Shown piece after piece: positions 1-9,600 of a DNA stretch of 64,000 nucleotides. A model generated the notes under the pieces. The model was not told the origin of the DNA. It was given only the letters and a program-made list of their open reading frames with translations, and did not search any database. The stretch's first letter is position 1; each line of letters starts with the position of its first letter. The position numbers were made by a program, and so were the translations under genes. Origin of the DNA: Candidatus Kapaibacterium sp. (GTDB taxonomy: Bacteria > Bacteroidota > Ignavibacteria > Kapaibacteriales > UBA2268); the NCBI GenBank assembly GCA_963664875.1, contig OY761611.1, positions 1,984,001-2,048,000 on the forward strand. Direction: 5' to 3'.

Positions 1-705
1 TCCATATCTATTCCACCTTTAGGTGCAGGTAACGGTAGGCTGGAATGGACTAAAGTAAAAAGGATTATTGAGCAGTATTTGTCCGAAATCTCAAAAGAAA
101 TGGATATAGTGATTTTTGAACCGGGATACCAAGACCAGACCACTACTGTTCCGAGAGATGCTTCTTTGACAGATAAGAGAGCAATTTTTCTTTATATGTT
201 ATGGAAGTACCAAGTGCTTGGCTATCAAACTAATCTAATTGTTGCTCAGAAAGTTGCATACTTCATACAACGATTTCAAGAGGATTTGAATTTAGTATAT
301 CAAAAAGGTATTTATGGCCCTTATGCGCATAATTTGACTCATCTTTTGAAAAAAATAAATAACACATATATTCAATATGATGAGAACAAAACTGCACCGA
401 TGACACCAATTCAGATGATAGATGCTAAGTATGATGAGATTGAAACATTTTTTAAGTATAGACTTTCTGAAGATCAGCATCATAAGATAAGCAGATTAGT
501 TGAATTTATTGAGGGATTTGAATCTCCATATGGTTTGGAATTATTAGCTACTATAGATTTTATTTATACTCAAACACAAAAAAATACAATCGAAGAAATT
601 GAATCTGAAATTGGGAGTTGGACAGATAGAAAAAGAGAGATTATGAAATCTAAACATATCGGTATAGCCATAGAGCGCCTTAGGGAATTCGATTTGATAA
701 AATAA
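1..705 (+). CDS. darG: DarG-type macrodomain antitoxin (DNA ADP-ribosyl glycohydrolase), 5' end outside window
   Basis: Frame is open from base 1 (SISIPPLGAGNGRLEWTKVKRII, macrodomain C-terminal motif). It continues into DarG-like C-terminal motifs QKVAYFIQ, YGPYA, FIEGFESPYGLELLATIDF. The ORF-track start at 79 is internal. Confidence 0.8.
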   Translation, partial: SISIPPLGAGNGRLEWTKVKRIIEQYLSEISKEMDIVIFEPGYQDQTTTVPRDASLTDKRAIFLYMLWKYQVLGYQTNLIVAQKVAYFIQRFQEDLNLVYQKGIYGPYAHNLTHLLKKINNTYIQYDENKTAPMTPIQMIDAKYDEIETFFKYRLSEDQHHKISRLVEFIEGFESPYGLELLATIDFIYTQTQKNTIEEIESEIGSWTDRKREIMKSKHIGIAIERLREFDLIK

Positions 706-726
706 AACAAACATTACTTAATATAT

Positions 727-764
727 AAAGCTGCCCGGAGAATATAGTTCCGAGCAGCTTTTTC
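727..764 (+). terminator. Probable intrinsic terminator after darG
   Basis: aaagctgcccgga...tccgagcagcttt inverted repeat followed by a T run. Confidence 0.65.
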
Positions 765-854
765 TATTTTTTCATACTTTTTCATTTTGTCTGAAATAAC
801 GGAACAGCTTATTCGACTCTGCTTAATACTTGTTATTAACTTATCTAAGAAAAA

Positions 855-2114
855 ATGTTCAATCTTTTTAAAAATATTGATAAAGAAGGCTACAAAGCTA
901 AGTATGGGGCTCTTGATATTTTCAAATTCATAGGGCCGGGTTTGTTGGTTACAGTTGGGTTTATTGATCCGGGTAATTGGGCTTCTAACCTTGCTGCCGG
1001 AGCGGATTACGGTTATGCACTTTTGTGGATGGTAACGCTTTCGACTATTATGCTTATTATTTTACAGCACAACGTTGCCCACCTTGGCATTGCTACAGGA
1101 CTTTGCCTTTCGGAAGCTACAACTAAATATCTGAAGCCGCGCAATTCCAAGTTTTTACTTTCATCAGCGATGCTGGCATCTGTCTCAACTTCTCTTGCGG
1201 AGATACTGGGAGGTGCTATTGCTCTTAATATGCTGTGGGATATTCCTATCAGGGCAGGGGCTGTTCTTGTAACAATCTTTGTGTATATCATGCTTTTTAC
1301 TAATTCATACAAGATGATAGAGAAGTGGATTATTGCCTTTGTTTCAGTGATTGGCTTGTCTTTTCTCTATGAGCTTTCTTTAGTAAATGTTGATTGGAAT
1401 AGTGCTATTGTCGGCTGGGTGAAGCCTTCATTTCCTGATGGCTCAATGATAGTAATCATGAGTGTGCTCGGGGCAGTGGTCATGCCGCACAATTTATTTC
1501 TACACTCAGAGGTTATTCAGAGTAGGCAGTGGAATCTGAAAGATGATAAAGTTATCAAAAAGCAGCTTAAATATGAGTTTATGGATACAATGCTCTCGAT
1601 GGTGATTGGCTGGGCGATTAACAGCGCTATGATTTTGCTTGCTGCTGCAACATTTTTCACAAACAAAACTCCCGTTACTGAGTTGCAGCAGGCAAATGAG
1701 CTGCTTACTCCATTGCTTGGCGAGCATGCTTCTGTAGTCTTTGCTGTCGCTCTTTTGTTTGCAGGAATTGCTTCTACAATTACCTCAGGTATGGCTGCGG
1801 GTTCAATATTTTCAGGCATTTATGAAGAACCTTATGATATAAAAGATAATCACTCAAGATTGGGGGTTTCCATATCTTTATTAGTGGGTTTGGGAATAAT
1901 CTTTTTAATATCAAATCCTTTTAACGGCTTGATTCTTTCTCAGATGTTTCTAAGTATTCAGTTGCCTTTTACTATCTTCCTTCAAGTACACCTTACTTCT
2001 TCTGAAGAGGTAATGGGTAAGTACAAGAACAGCAAACCAACGAAATATATTTTATATTTGATAGGTGCGATTGTAACTATTCTGAATATAGCCTTGTTTA
2101 TTAGTATGTTTTAG
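855..2114 (+). CDS. mntH: Nramp-family divalent metal (Mn2+) transporter
   Basis: GFIDPGNW and VMPHNLFLHS signature motifs, many TM segments. Confidence 0.92.
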   Translation: MFNLFKNIDKEGYKAKYGALDIFKFIGPGLLVTVGFIDPGNWASNLAAGADYGYALLWMVTLSTIMLIILQHNVAHLGIATGLCLSEATTKYLKPRNSKFLLSSAMLASVSTSLAEILGGAIALNMLWDIPIRAGAVLVTIFVYIMLFTNSYKMIEKWIIAFVSVIGLSFLYELSLVNVDWNSAIVGWVKPSFPDGSMIVIMSVLGAVVMPHNLFLHSEVIQSRQWNLKDDKVIKKQLKYEFMDTMLSMVIGWAINSAMILLAAATFFTNKTPVTELQQANELLTPLLGEHASVVFAVALLFAGIASTITSGMAAGSIFSGIYEEPYDIKDNHSRLGVSISLLVGLGIIFLISNPFNGLILSQMFLSIQLPFTIFLQVHLTSSEEVMGKYKNSKPTKYILYLIGAIVTILNIALFISMF

Positions 2115-2121
2115 AGAAAAT

Positions 2122-2154
2122 AAGCTGCTCAGATATTTGATTGATGAGCAGCTT
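2122..2154. terminator. Hairpin between convergent genes (probable bidirectional terminator)
   Basis: aagctgctca...tgagcagctt perfect 10-bp stem. Confidence 0.6.
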
Positions 2155-2178
2155 GTAAAACTATAAACAAAGTATCTT

Positions 2179-2757
2179 CTATTTATATGTGTCGCAAATT
2201 TTCAGGAAGTTTTTTATCATAATCATTCCGTCTTCGCCGGATACTTCGGGGTGAGACTGGAAGCCATAAATGGGTTTTTCTTTGTGCCTGATAATTTCAT
2301 TGGGTGTAGTTTCTGATGAAGCTAAACTTATAAAATCAGCAGGAAGCTCCGCGACATGAAAAGAATGTCTTTTGGTCAAAAGTAGTTCTGTTTTATTTAA
2401 ACCTGCAAAAATTGGATCATCCGGCAGGTCTATTGTAACGCTCTCTTTTTTGTTATGTGTCGCCGGAAGCCTTTTGATTCTGCCACGATAAGCCGCTGCT
2501 ATAATCTCATGCCCAAGGCAAAAACCTATAGTAGGAACATTGAAGCAATTAAGAGCCACAAAGTCAGATGTCAAATTTAGGGGCTCGAAAGGATTACCTT
2601 TGCCGCCTGAGAGTATAAGTCCCTTAATATCAGTCTTTGCTGATAGAGTAATTGGCTGATTATGATCAAAAAATATGTAATCAAAATCCTGCTCAGCAAG
2701 AAATTGTCTTTTGAATTTTTTTATAAAAGAGCTCTGGTTATCAATGATAAGTAGCAT
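2179..2757 (-). CDS. Stand-alone class I glutamine amidotransferase (GMP synthase subunit A-like)
   Basis: MLLIIDNQS start with GAGGA RBS; SGGKG, GFCLGHE (nucleophile Cys), FQSHPE (His-Glu). Start moved from 2883 to ATG 2757. Confidence 0.85.
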   Translation of the reverse strand: MLLIIDNQSSFIKKFKRQFLAEQDFDYIFFDHNQPITLSAKTDIKGLILSGGKGNPFEPLNLTSDFVALNCFNVPTIGFCLGHEIIAAAYRGRIKRLPATHNKKESVTIDLPDDPIFAGLNKTELLLTKRHSFHVAELPADFISLASSETTPNEIIRHKEKPIYGFQSHPEVSGEDGMIMIKNFLKICDTYK

Positions 2758-2949
2758 CGTTGTAATCCTCGTCAATCTGAGAACACTAAACTTATTAAAC
2801 TCTATGAGTTTCTGAAATATCAAATAACACAAATAATATACGTAATAAGTTTGGATTACTCTAAAGAATAATTTGTGCAACAATCCTTTCCTTTCATCTA
2901 AAATATTTGCTATATTAGAGCCACCTAAATACTAAACAAAGGATAAAAT

Positions 2950-5028
2950 ATGAAATTACATCTACTTCTGCTTACAGTGCTTATTCTGCCTTTTGCTTAT
3001 CTGACAAGCTGTGCTGAAGCAAGTCAAAATTTACAACATGACATCAAAATAGAGCTAATACCTTCTACAAGCAAGCTTATTGCTACGGATAAAATTACTC
3101 TCAATTCTAAATCTGTAACTCTGACTTTATTGAATGACTTGCAGATAGAAAAGATTGTTGATGATAGTGGAAAAAGTATTGAGTACAAAACTGAAAAGTC
3201 TGAAAACTATAGAGATATTACCATTTCAGGTGCAAATGAGTTTACTATTTATTACTCCGGGACTGTCTATCATCAGCCGGGCGAGACTTCGCTTAAAGTA
3301 ACTCACGCTCATTCTCTTGGAATGATTTCAGAAAAAGAAGGCGAAGGAATTTATCTACCTGCAGGTAGTTTTTATCCTTATAATGGCGAGCTGGCTGACT
3401 ATAAAGTAGATGTAACTTTTCCTGCTAATCTTGAAATAATTACTTCAGGAAAGGTGCTCGCTGAAAAAGTAAATGCTGAGAAGAAAACAAAAGTATTCCA
3501 GTCTGAACTTGCTATGGATAATATCACACTTGTTGGCGGAAAATATATAAAAGCGGAAACTGAACATAAAGGTGTTATGTTTCGAGTATATACATTTGCG
3601 GAAAGCAGATCAAGTCAATCATATTTGAAATCCATGACTGAGTATTATGATATTTATACTGAGCTATTTGGAGACTATCCATACAGCAGCTTCGATGTAG
3701 TCGAAAACTTCTTTGCAACCGGCTTTGGTATGCCTAATTATACTCTAATCACTGGTATGCTGATGAAAATGCCATGGGTGTTTTTAGCTCCCGGCTCGCT
3801 TGCTCACGAATTTGTACATAACTGGTGGGGCAATAGTGTTTACGTAGCTGAAGGAGACGGTAACTGGTGCGAGGCACTTACTACATTTAGCTCTAATTAT
3901 TACTATAATGTTGTTACCGGAAACGCAGCGAAAGAGCTTGAGTGGCGTAAAAAAGCCTTAATAGATATCGAAGCATTGCCTGAGGAAATGAATTACCCTG
4001 TCAAAGACTTTGTTACTCAGAGACACACAGATGACGCTGTTGTTGGCTATTCCAAAGGTGCATTTGTCTTTTATGAGCTTTATAAATTATATGGTAAGGA
4101 TAATTTCTTTGCAGCATTAAAGCAGTTTGCTAAAGAATATAAAGGTAAACGTGCAGGCTGGAAAGATATAAAATCAATTTTTGCAGCTACTGCCAAAGCA
4201 AATAATCTTGATTTAGATGTAAATAAAATATTCGCTCAATGGCTTGAAAAAACAGAAAGACCAACTTTAAAATTAGAAGTATTAAGTCATAACGGAAACA
4301 AATTAGACATTTCTATCAAGCAGGATCTGGATTTTATATTGAGTGTTCCGCTTGTAATTACTACTGACAAAGTCGAAACTCAGCAAGAATTAGTAATCAG
4401 CTCCAAAGATAACAAGTTTAGCTTTGAGCTTGACGGTAAATTGCAAAAAGTAAGTTTAGATCCTAACTATCAGGTGCTTCGCCATTTAAATAATTTTGAG
4501 ATCCCTTATACTTTGCAAAGCACTTTAAATAACAATCCGCTTGTGATTATTCCTGATGAAAGCAAGCCTACACATAAAGTCTCTAAAGAGTTTACCGAAT
4601 TACTAAACCAAAGTGGCTATAAATGTGAAAGCTTAACTGCAAGCCAAGCTGCTAAATCGGACTGGAAAAACAGACCAATAGTTATTCTTAGCTCTCAGGC
4701 TGATAATAGTTTCTATTCTGAGTTTTCCGGCAAATATCCTAGCGGTTTGAATTTTGAAAATGATATGCTCAAAGCTGCAGATAAAGAATTGCCTCTCACA
4801 GGGAACTTGATGCTGATGAACCTAACTCATCCGGCAAATAAGTCGCTTCCGGCAACAATTATAGCTTTTGATAATTTGGAATCAACAGACCAGCTTAAGC
4901 GTTTATTTCACTACATGAGCTATTCTATGCTCATGATAAGCCAGACTAAGCGAGGAACGCCTCTTCATTCGCAGGAGATTTTCCCGGAAGCACCTGTGAA
5001 TAACGACATCAGATTTGATGCTAAATAA
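2950..5028 (+). CDS. Secreted M1-family (gluzincin) zinc aminopeptidase
   Basis: Signal peptide; HEFVHNWWG...WCEALT zinc motif; GYSKG catalytic Tyr region. Confidence 0.85.
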   Translation: MKLHLLLLTVLILPFAYLTSCAEASQNLQHDIKIELIPSTSKLIATDKITLNSKSVTLTLLNDLQIEKIVDDSGKSIEYKTEKSENYRDITISGANEFTIYYSGTVYHQPGETSLKVTHAHSLGMISEKEGEGIYLPAGSFYPYNGELADYKVDVTFPANLEIITSGKVLAEKVNAEKKTKVFQSELAMDNITLVGGKYIKAETEHKGVMFRVYTFAESRSSQSYLKSMTEYYDIYTELFGDYPYSSFDVVENFFATGFGMPNYTLITGMLMKMPWVFLAPGSLAHEFVHNWWGNSVYVAEGDGNWCEALTTFSSNYYYNVVTGNAAKELEWRKKALIDIEALPEEMNYPVKDFVTQRHTDDAVVGYSKGAFVFYELYKLYGKDNFFAALKQFAKEYKGKRAGWKDIKSIFAATAKANNLDLDVNKIFAQWLEKTERPTLKLEVLSHNGNKLDISIKQDLDFILSVPLVITTDKVETQQELVISSKDNKFSFELDGKLQKVSLDPNYQVLRHLNNFEIPYTLQSTLNNNPLVIIPDESKPTHKVSKEFTELLNQSGYKCESLTASQAAKSDWKNRPIVILSSQADNSFYSEFSGKYPSGLNFENDMLKAADKELPLTGNLMLMNLTHPANKSLPATIIAFDNLESTDQLKRLFHYMSYSMLMISQTKRGTPLHSQEIFPEAPVNNDIRFDAK

Positions 5029-5040
5029 CTAAAAAGCTAA

Positions 5041-5086
5041 AAGCCTTAACTTATGCAATATTTGACATGGTTAAGGTTTTTTTTTG
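5041..5086 (+). terminator. Intrinsic terminator after peptidase
   Basis: ccttaac...gttaagg stem followed by a long T run. Confidence 0.55.
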
Positions 5087-5144
5087 TTCTTCCAATTTCC
5101 CATCCTTTTGTGTCAACTCTTTTTAGGACGGGCACATATCACAC

Positions 5145-5189
5145 AAAAAAAAAGACCTGACGATTTTTTCTACCGTGCAGGTCTTTTTT
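5145..5189. terminator. Terminator for the 518-aa gene (probably bidirectional)
   Basis: aaaaagacctg...caggtcttttt. Confidence 0.6.
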
Positions 5190-5206
5190 ATTTTTTGTCT
5201 ATAGTC

Positions 5207-6763
5207 TTAGTAATGCAACTTGAGTATTGCTTTTCTTTTCGGACGGCTATCTAACTGTGTAAGCAGATAGTTCCATAACTTATCGTAAGGCATTACTTCA
5301 AGATTGTCTAAGTATGAAGTATCTTCTTCGGAGAAAGGAGCCAACTCCATAAACATCTTTTCAGCTGAGTTTCTGACACGAATATAGTCAAAATTATGCT
5401 GCACTAATTTGAGGAGCATATGTATGAAAATATTGCTTCTTTCGTGGCCGTAGCGTTTCAAATGCTTACGGGCATAAAAGTGCAGAGCATCAGTTGTATT
5501 GTAAATACCTTCGAAATCGTTGTGTGCGAATAAAATAAGCACTCTCATAATCACTGCAGAAACGTTATAATCCAATGTTTCTTTGGAGAATTCAGGAATA
5601 GATTCCATCAAGTCTAACAAGCCATGGCGTTTTTGGAATGGTCTGTTTGTACATTTTTTGGACATAAGCCATTCTGTTGTAGCTGTAAAGTAGAGGTAGC
5701 CTGCATAAATATTATATCTATTAGTGATATAATCAGGCATTTCTGCATACTTAGGCTCTTTAATAACTTTAAGGAAATGCTCTTCTGCTTCGTCGAAGCG
5801 TTCGGCATGGAACAACATAAGGATATAGAAATCCATAAATTCGAACCATTCCAAATTCCCTTTAACAAAGAATTTGAACATTTTATTAGTTTCTACGACA
5901 CCTCTTTCGAAATCACGAAGTTTGATAAAGCTCTTAATCTTCATAATAGAGAACAGTTTAAGAGTTTCGATATTTTCAATAAACTCGTTTCTCGCATAAA
6001 GGTTTTGGATATCGTTGCAATGCTCGATTACCTTTTCGTACTCTTTTTTCATATAGTGAAACGCGATGCGGCATCTGTGGTAAGCCACAGTAGTGTTATA
6101 GTAGTCGAGCTTATCGGCTCTTTCTTTGATAACATTTAGTTCTTCTTCCACTTTGTGGAAATAATCTTTGCGATAACTTGCCGCTCTACTGATATGTTTT
6201 TCTAATTGAGTATAAAAATGTTTCGATTCGACCTCCGCGAAATAATATTCGTTGTATTTTTTGACAATTTTAGCATATCTATCAAAAGAGTATTTAGTCT
6301 TGTGTTGATAAGATAAGCTCATTAGCATTTGTGCAGATTCCAGAACTAAGCTAGTGAAACAGTATTTTTTCGCATCTTCCAATAGATGATCTAAAAGCTT
6401 AATAGCTGTTTCAAAAACATTTCCTTCGATAAGCGTTTTGATAAAAAACATACTTTTGTTTGCTTCAAAGTATGCTTCTTGATATGCACTGTATTTAGGC
6501 TGGTTGATATTCAAAAATATCAATGAATCCAAAAGGCGCGATCTCAATCTACCTTTGAGCATCTGATATTTTTTTTCCAACTCATCCACATTGTATAAGT
6601 CTTGTGCAGCTTCAGCATCAGTTGCGTATTTTTGATAGCGGATACCTGCATAAAACCTATTTAAAATAGTCTGTTTAGAAGGATCATCGACCTCGTTGAA
6701 AACTTCAATCACACGATGTCTTCTCTTCTTAATCAGATTTACCAAGTTAGTCAATTCTTGCAT
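5207..6763 (-). CDS. Hypothetical 518-aa all-helical (TPR-like) cytoplasmic protein
   Basis: Long ORF with GAGG RBS and helical repeat-like pattern; no recognisable catalytic motif. Confidence 0.7.
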   Translation of the reverse strand: MQELTNLVNLIKKRRHRVIEVFNEVDDPSKQTILNRFYAGIRYQKYATDAEAAQDLYNVDELEKKYQMLKGRLRSRLLDSLIFLNINQPKYSAYQEAYFEANKSMFFIKTLIEGNVFETAIKLLDHLLEDAKKYCFTSLVLESAQMLMSLSYQHKTKYSFDRYAKIVKKYNEYYFAEVESKHFYTQLEKHISRAASYRKDYFHKVEEELNVIKERADKLDYYNTTVAYHRCRIAFHYMKKEYEKVIEHCNDIQNLYARNEFIENIETLKLFSIMKIKSFIKLRDFERGVVETNKMFKFFVKGNLEWFEFMDFYILMLFHAERFDEAEEHFLKVIKEPKYAEMPDYITNRYNIYAGYLYFTATTEWLMSKKCTNRPFQKRHGLLDLMESIPEFSKETLDYNVSAVIMRVLILFAHNDFEGIYNTTDALHFYARKHLKRYGHERSNIFIHMLLKLVQHNFDYIRVRNSAEKMFMELAPFSEEDTSYLDNLEVMPYDKLWNYLLTQLDSRPKRKAILKLHY

Positions 6764-7337
6764 ACCTAACCCTCGTTTAGTTTGAAAAAAGGCAATCTAT
6801 TTGTTATTTCTTTTAACTGTCAAAGAACTGTTTAATTTCTTCCTTAAATAAACAAAAAAAATCGAAATATCCTAATGAAAATTACCAAAAATTGCAGTCG
6901 TTTTAATATAAATAATGACAATAGAACTTGTTAAATCTTCTATATTCCCAATAAATAAGTGATTTAGAGAATTTGTAAATATTTTATATTAAAAGAGTAT
7001 TTATAGACTTCGTTCGACCATTCTTATGATTTATGAGCTTTACATAGTAATATTTCTATCAAATTGGTAGGCAATAATTATCAAATCCAATGTTATTAGA
7101 TATTTTATTGACATATACTGCCCACAGGTTTGGCTTTTTGTAGTGTTAACTTAGTTGTACTCTTTTGAGACAGTCATTGTATCATTTCCGTACATATTCT
7201 TTTAGATTTCATAAACATAAAGACTGTTCTATTTTTACCTATTCTACTTAATTTACAGTGAGTTACAATTACAATCAAACTATAAGTTATATTTATGGCA
7301 CGCAAATGGGAGTATCGTAAATGAGGATTTGAAGATA

Positions 7338-7625
7338 AACTACCCGAGTTATTCAGGCAATAATCTAATTAAAGTTTGAATCATGGGGTGCAAAGCTCGG
7401 GTAGTTCCTTTCTTTACTTCTCAGAGTCTTATTTGGTCAGTAAGACTTCGGGCTTGCCCGAACAACTAATGGAAAATCATCAAAAATGCAATTTATATTT
7501 TCTGCTCGGATTTTGCTCCTTTCCCGGCTTTTCTGGAAGCACTCTCTGGGCAGAAGATAAAAAAAATTCCCCGGAAAAAGCAACTGCCCGGGTCTTAACA
7601 AACAAGCTCCGGGCAGTTTTGCTAA
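7338..7625 (+). ncRNA. Candidate structured non-coding RNA or hairpin cluster
   Basis: Five GC-rich stems in AT-rich intergenic DNA; G-U pairs favour the + strand; G(CUUG)C tetraloop; last stem followed by Ts. Confidence 0.4.
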
Positions 7626-7689
7626 TTTCTTTAAACCGCTACTCTCCAATTATACATTATAATCTATTCCCACTTTTTGAATTTTTAGG

Positions 7690-7697
7690 TATATTTG
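7690..7697 (+). promoter_or_regulatory. Bacteroidota/Chlorobi-type -7 promoter element (TAnnTTTG)
   Basis: tatatttg about 30 bp upstream of ATG 7728. Confidence 0.45.
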
Positions 7698-7727
7698 CTC
7701 TGGTAACATAAAAATAATAGAGCACCT

Positions 7728-8966
7728 ATGAGCAAGTATCTACTCAAATTTTCTAAGTGGATAGACCAATATGCAAATCAAAAAACTCTGATTGCTTTGA
7801 TGGCTGTTACTATTTTCTGTCGAATCATTTTTGCTCTGTCATCAGGTAATTATAACTACGCAGAGGATTATAAAATTGCTTTAAATCTGGTGCAGAACTG
7901 TGAGTATGTTCTTTATCCGCATCTTGGCAGCACGGCAATGAAATCTCCTTTATATCCTATGTTTTTAGCTGCTTTTATCAAAGTATTTGCTAGTTTATCT
8001 CAGCAGGCTATTGTTGTCGTGCAGCATATCATGATTGGTTTTGTGCCGCTTTTGATTTATAAATCTTCTGTCTTATATACTGATAAGAGAAATGCGTTTT
8101 TTGCATCATTGCTTTTTATGCTCCATATTAGCTATTTTTACTATCCCAACGTAATTGAAGCTACAAATTTGTTTGTGCCCATATTTGCAGTTTATTTTTA
8201 TTTACTCCTCCTTGCTAGAACTTCTCAAAGATATATTAGCTTAGCTATCACCGGAGGCTTACTGGTAATGTTGCAACCTACTATCATTCCTGTTTTGATT
8301 TTTAGTGCTGTGTTTCTGAGAAAGAATTTGAATTGGACTTCCCTGCTTAAAATCGTTCTTATTATCAGTCTAATGCAGCTACCTTGGATTTACAGGAACT
8401 ATGCAAGTTTTGATAAGTTTATTCCTACAAAATCCCCTTTCTGGATGAATTTGTACATAGGGATACTACCCGAAAGCCAAGAGAATTCGGTTAATCACTA
8501 TCTTAGGAAAGAAACGATACAAACCATAGATTCACTGAAAGACAAGCTCAATGATGTGGATATGGAAATCCATTATAAGCACGCTTTTTTGAGTTTTTGG
8601 GAGAAAACCCCGGGAAGGTATTTAGAGAAGGTTGGTAACCATCTGAAGTACTATTGGATACTACCCCCAAGATATATAGATAATCTCTCGTTACCTATAA
8701 TCGTTGTAAGGCTTATTCCAAATATTGCCCTATTGATTCTTACTCTACTCGGACTCAAAAGAGCATATCACAAGGATAAATCTGTTTTCTGGTTTATCAT
8801 ATCTATCCTTGTGTATTTTTCACTCGTTTATTCTTTAACCGCAGCTGTAAATATTCGTTACAAACTCGATATAGAGTTTTTGCAGGTTTTTATAGCATCA
8901 TTTGGTTTGATTTCTATTGCTGAAAGAATCAATATCGAATCAAAGAATCATGCAAACAATGATTAG
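7728..8966 (+). CDS. GT-C fold membrane glycosyltransferase (ArnT/PMT, GT39-like)
   Basis: Multi-TM; early loop EDY..IA.NL, PLYPMFLA, PWIYRNY, NIRYK motifs. Confidence 0.75.
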   Translation: MSKYLLKFSKWIDQYANQKTLIALMAVTIFCRIIFALSSGNYNYAEDYKIALNLVQNCEYVLYPHLGSTAMKSPLYPMFLAAFIKVFASLSQQAIVVVQHIMIGFVPLLIYKSSVLYTDKRNAFFASLLFMLHISYFYYPNVIEATNLFVPIFAVYFYLLLLARTSQRYISLAITGGLLVMLQPTIIPVLIFSAVFLRKNLNWTSLLKIVLIISLMQLPWIYRNYASFDKFIPTKSPFWMNLYIGILPESQENSVNHYLRKETIQTIDSLKDKLNDVDMEIHYKHAFLSFWEKTPGRYLEKVGNHLKYYWILPPRYIDNLSLPIIVVRLIPNIALLILTLLGLKRAYHKDKSVFWFIISILVYFSLVYSLTAAVNIRYKLDIEFLQVFIASFGLISIAERINIESKNHANND

Positions 8967-8979
8967 AACTACCGGCTAA

Positions 8980-9576
8980 TTAAAACAGCTCAGGGAACAT
9001 TAACTCTTCTACCATTTCGCACCAAATATGACCAATCATGATGTGAGACTCCTGCACTCGAGCTGTTACATTGCTCGGTACAACAACAGCCGTGTCACAC
9101 AAAGGTAACAAAAAGCCTCCGTCTTTGCCTAAAAGCCCAATAATCTTCATGTTTTTCTTTTTTGCTTGTTCGCAGGCTCTTCTGACATTTTCTGAATTAC
9201 CGGATGTAGAAATTGCGATAAGTACATCTCCATCATTGCCGTATGCTTCCACACCGCGAGCAAAAACGTTGTCAAATCCAATATCATTGCCACCGGCAGT
9301 CATGATAGATGGATCAACAGTAAGAGCAATTGCCGGTATGGCAGCCCTGTTTATTTCGCTTCGAAGGCGAACTACAAGCTCTGCAGCAAGATGCTGGCTA
9401 TCAGCAGCACTACCACCGTTACCGCAAAAAAGAACTTTTTTGCCTGCGTTAAGTCTTTCAGCGAGCAAATCGCCACATACTTTTATATCATTTGCTTTTT
9501 CATTCAACACTTTTTGCTTAACAGCAATGCTTTCAGAAATTACATTATTTATTTTTTGAATAGTATCCATTTTCAT
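8980..9576 (-). CDS. gmhA: D-sedoheptulose-7-phosphate isomerase
   Basis: CGNGGSAADSQHLAAEL, ISTSGNSENV, TARVQESH motifs. Confidence 0.95.
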   Translation of the reverse strand: MKMDTIQKINNVISESIAVKQKVLNEKANDIKVCGDLLAERLNAGKKVLFCGNGGSAADSQHLAAELVVRLRSEINRAAIPAIALTVDPSIMTAGGNDIGFDNVFARGVEAYGNDGDVLIAISTSGNSENVRRACEQAKKKNMKIIGLLGKDGGFLLPLCDTAVVVPSNVTARVQESHIMIGHIWCEMVEELMFPELF

Positions 9577-9600
9577 CAAACTCCAAAAATCAGATTTTTA

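Noticed and set aside
7355-7625. c-di-GMP-I riboswitch, tmRNA, RNase P or SRP identity for the hairpin cluster
   Set aside because: Only vague GGCAA/GCAAAG words; the diagnostic motifs and spacing are absent.
7376-7711. ORF-track ORFs 7376-7711 (+) and 7437-7649 (-)
   Set aside because: Non-protein-like sequence overlapping the hairpin cluster; probably open by chance because of local GC richness.
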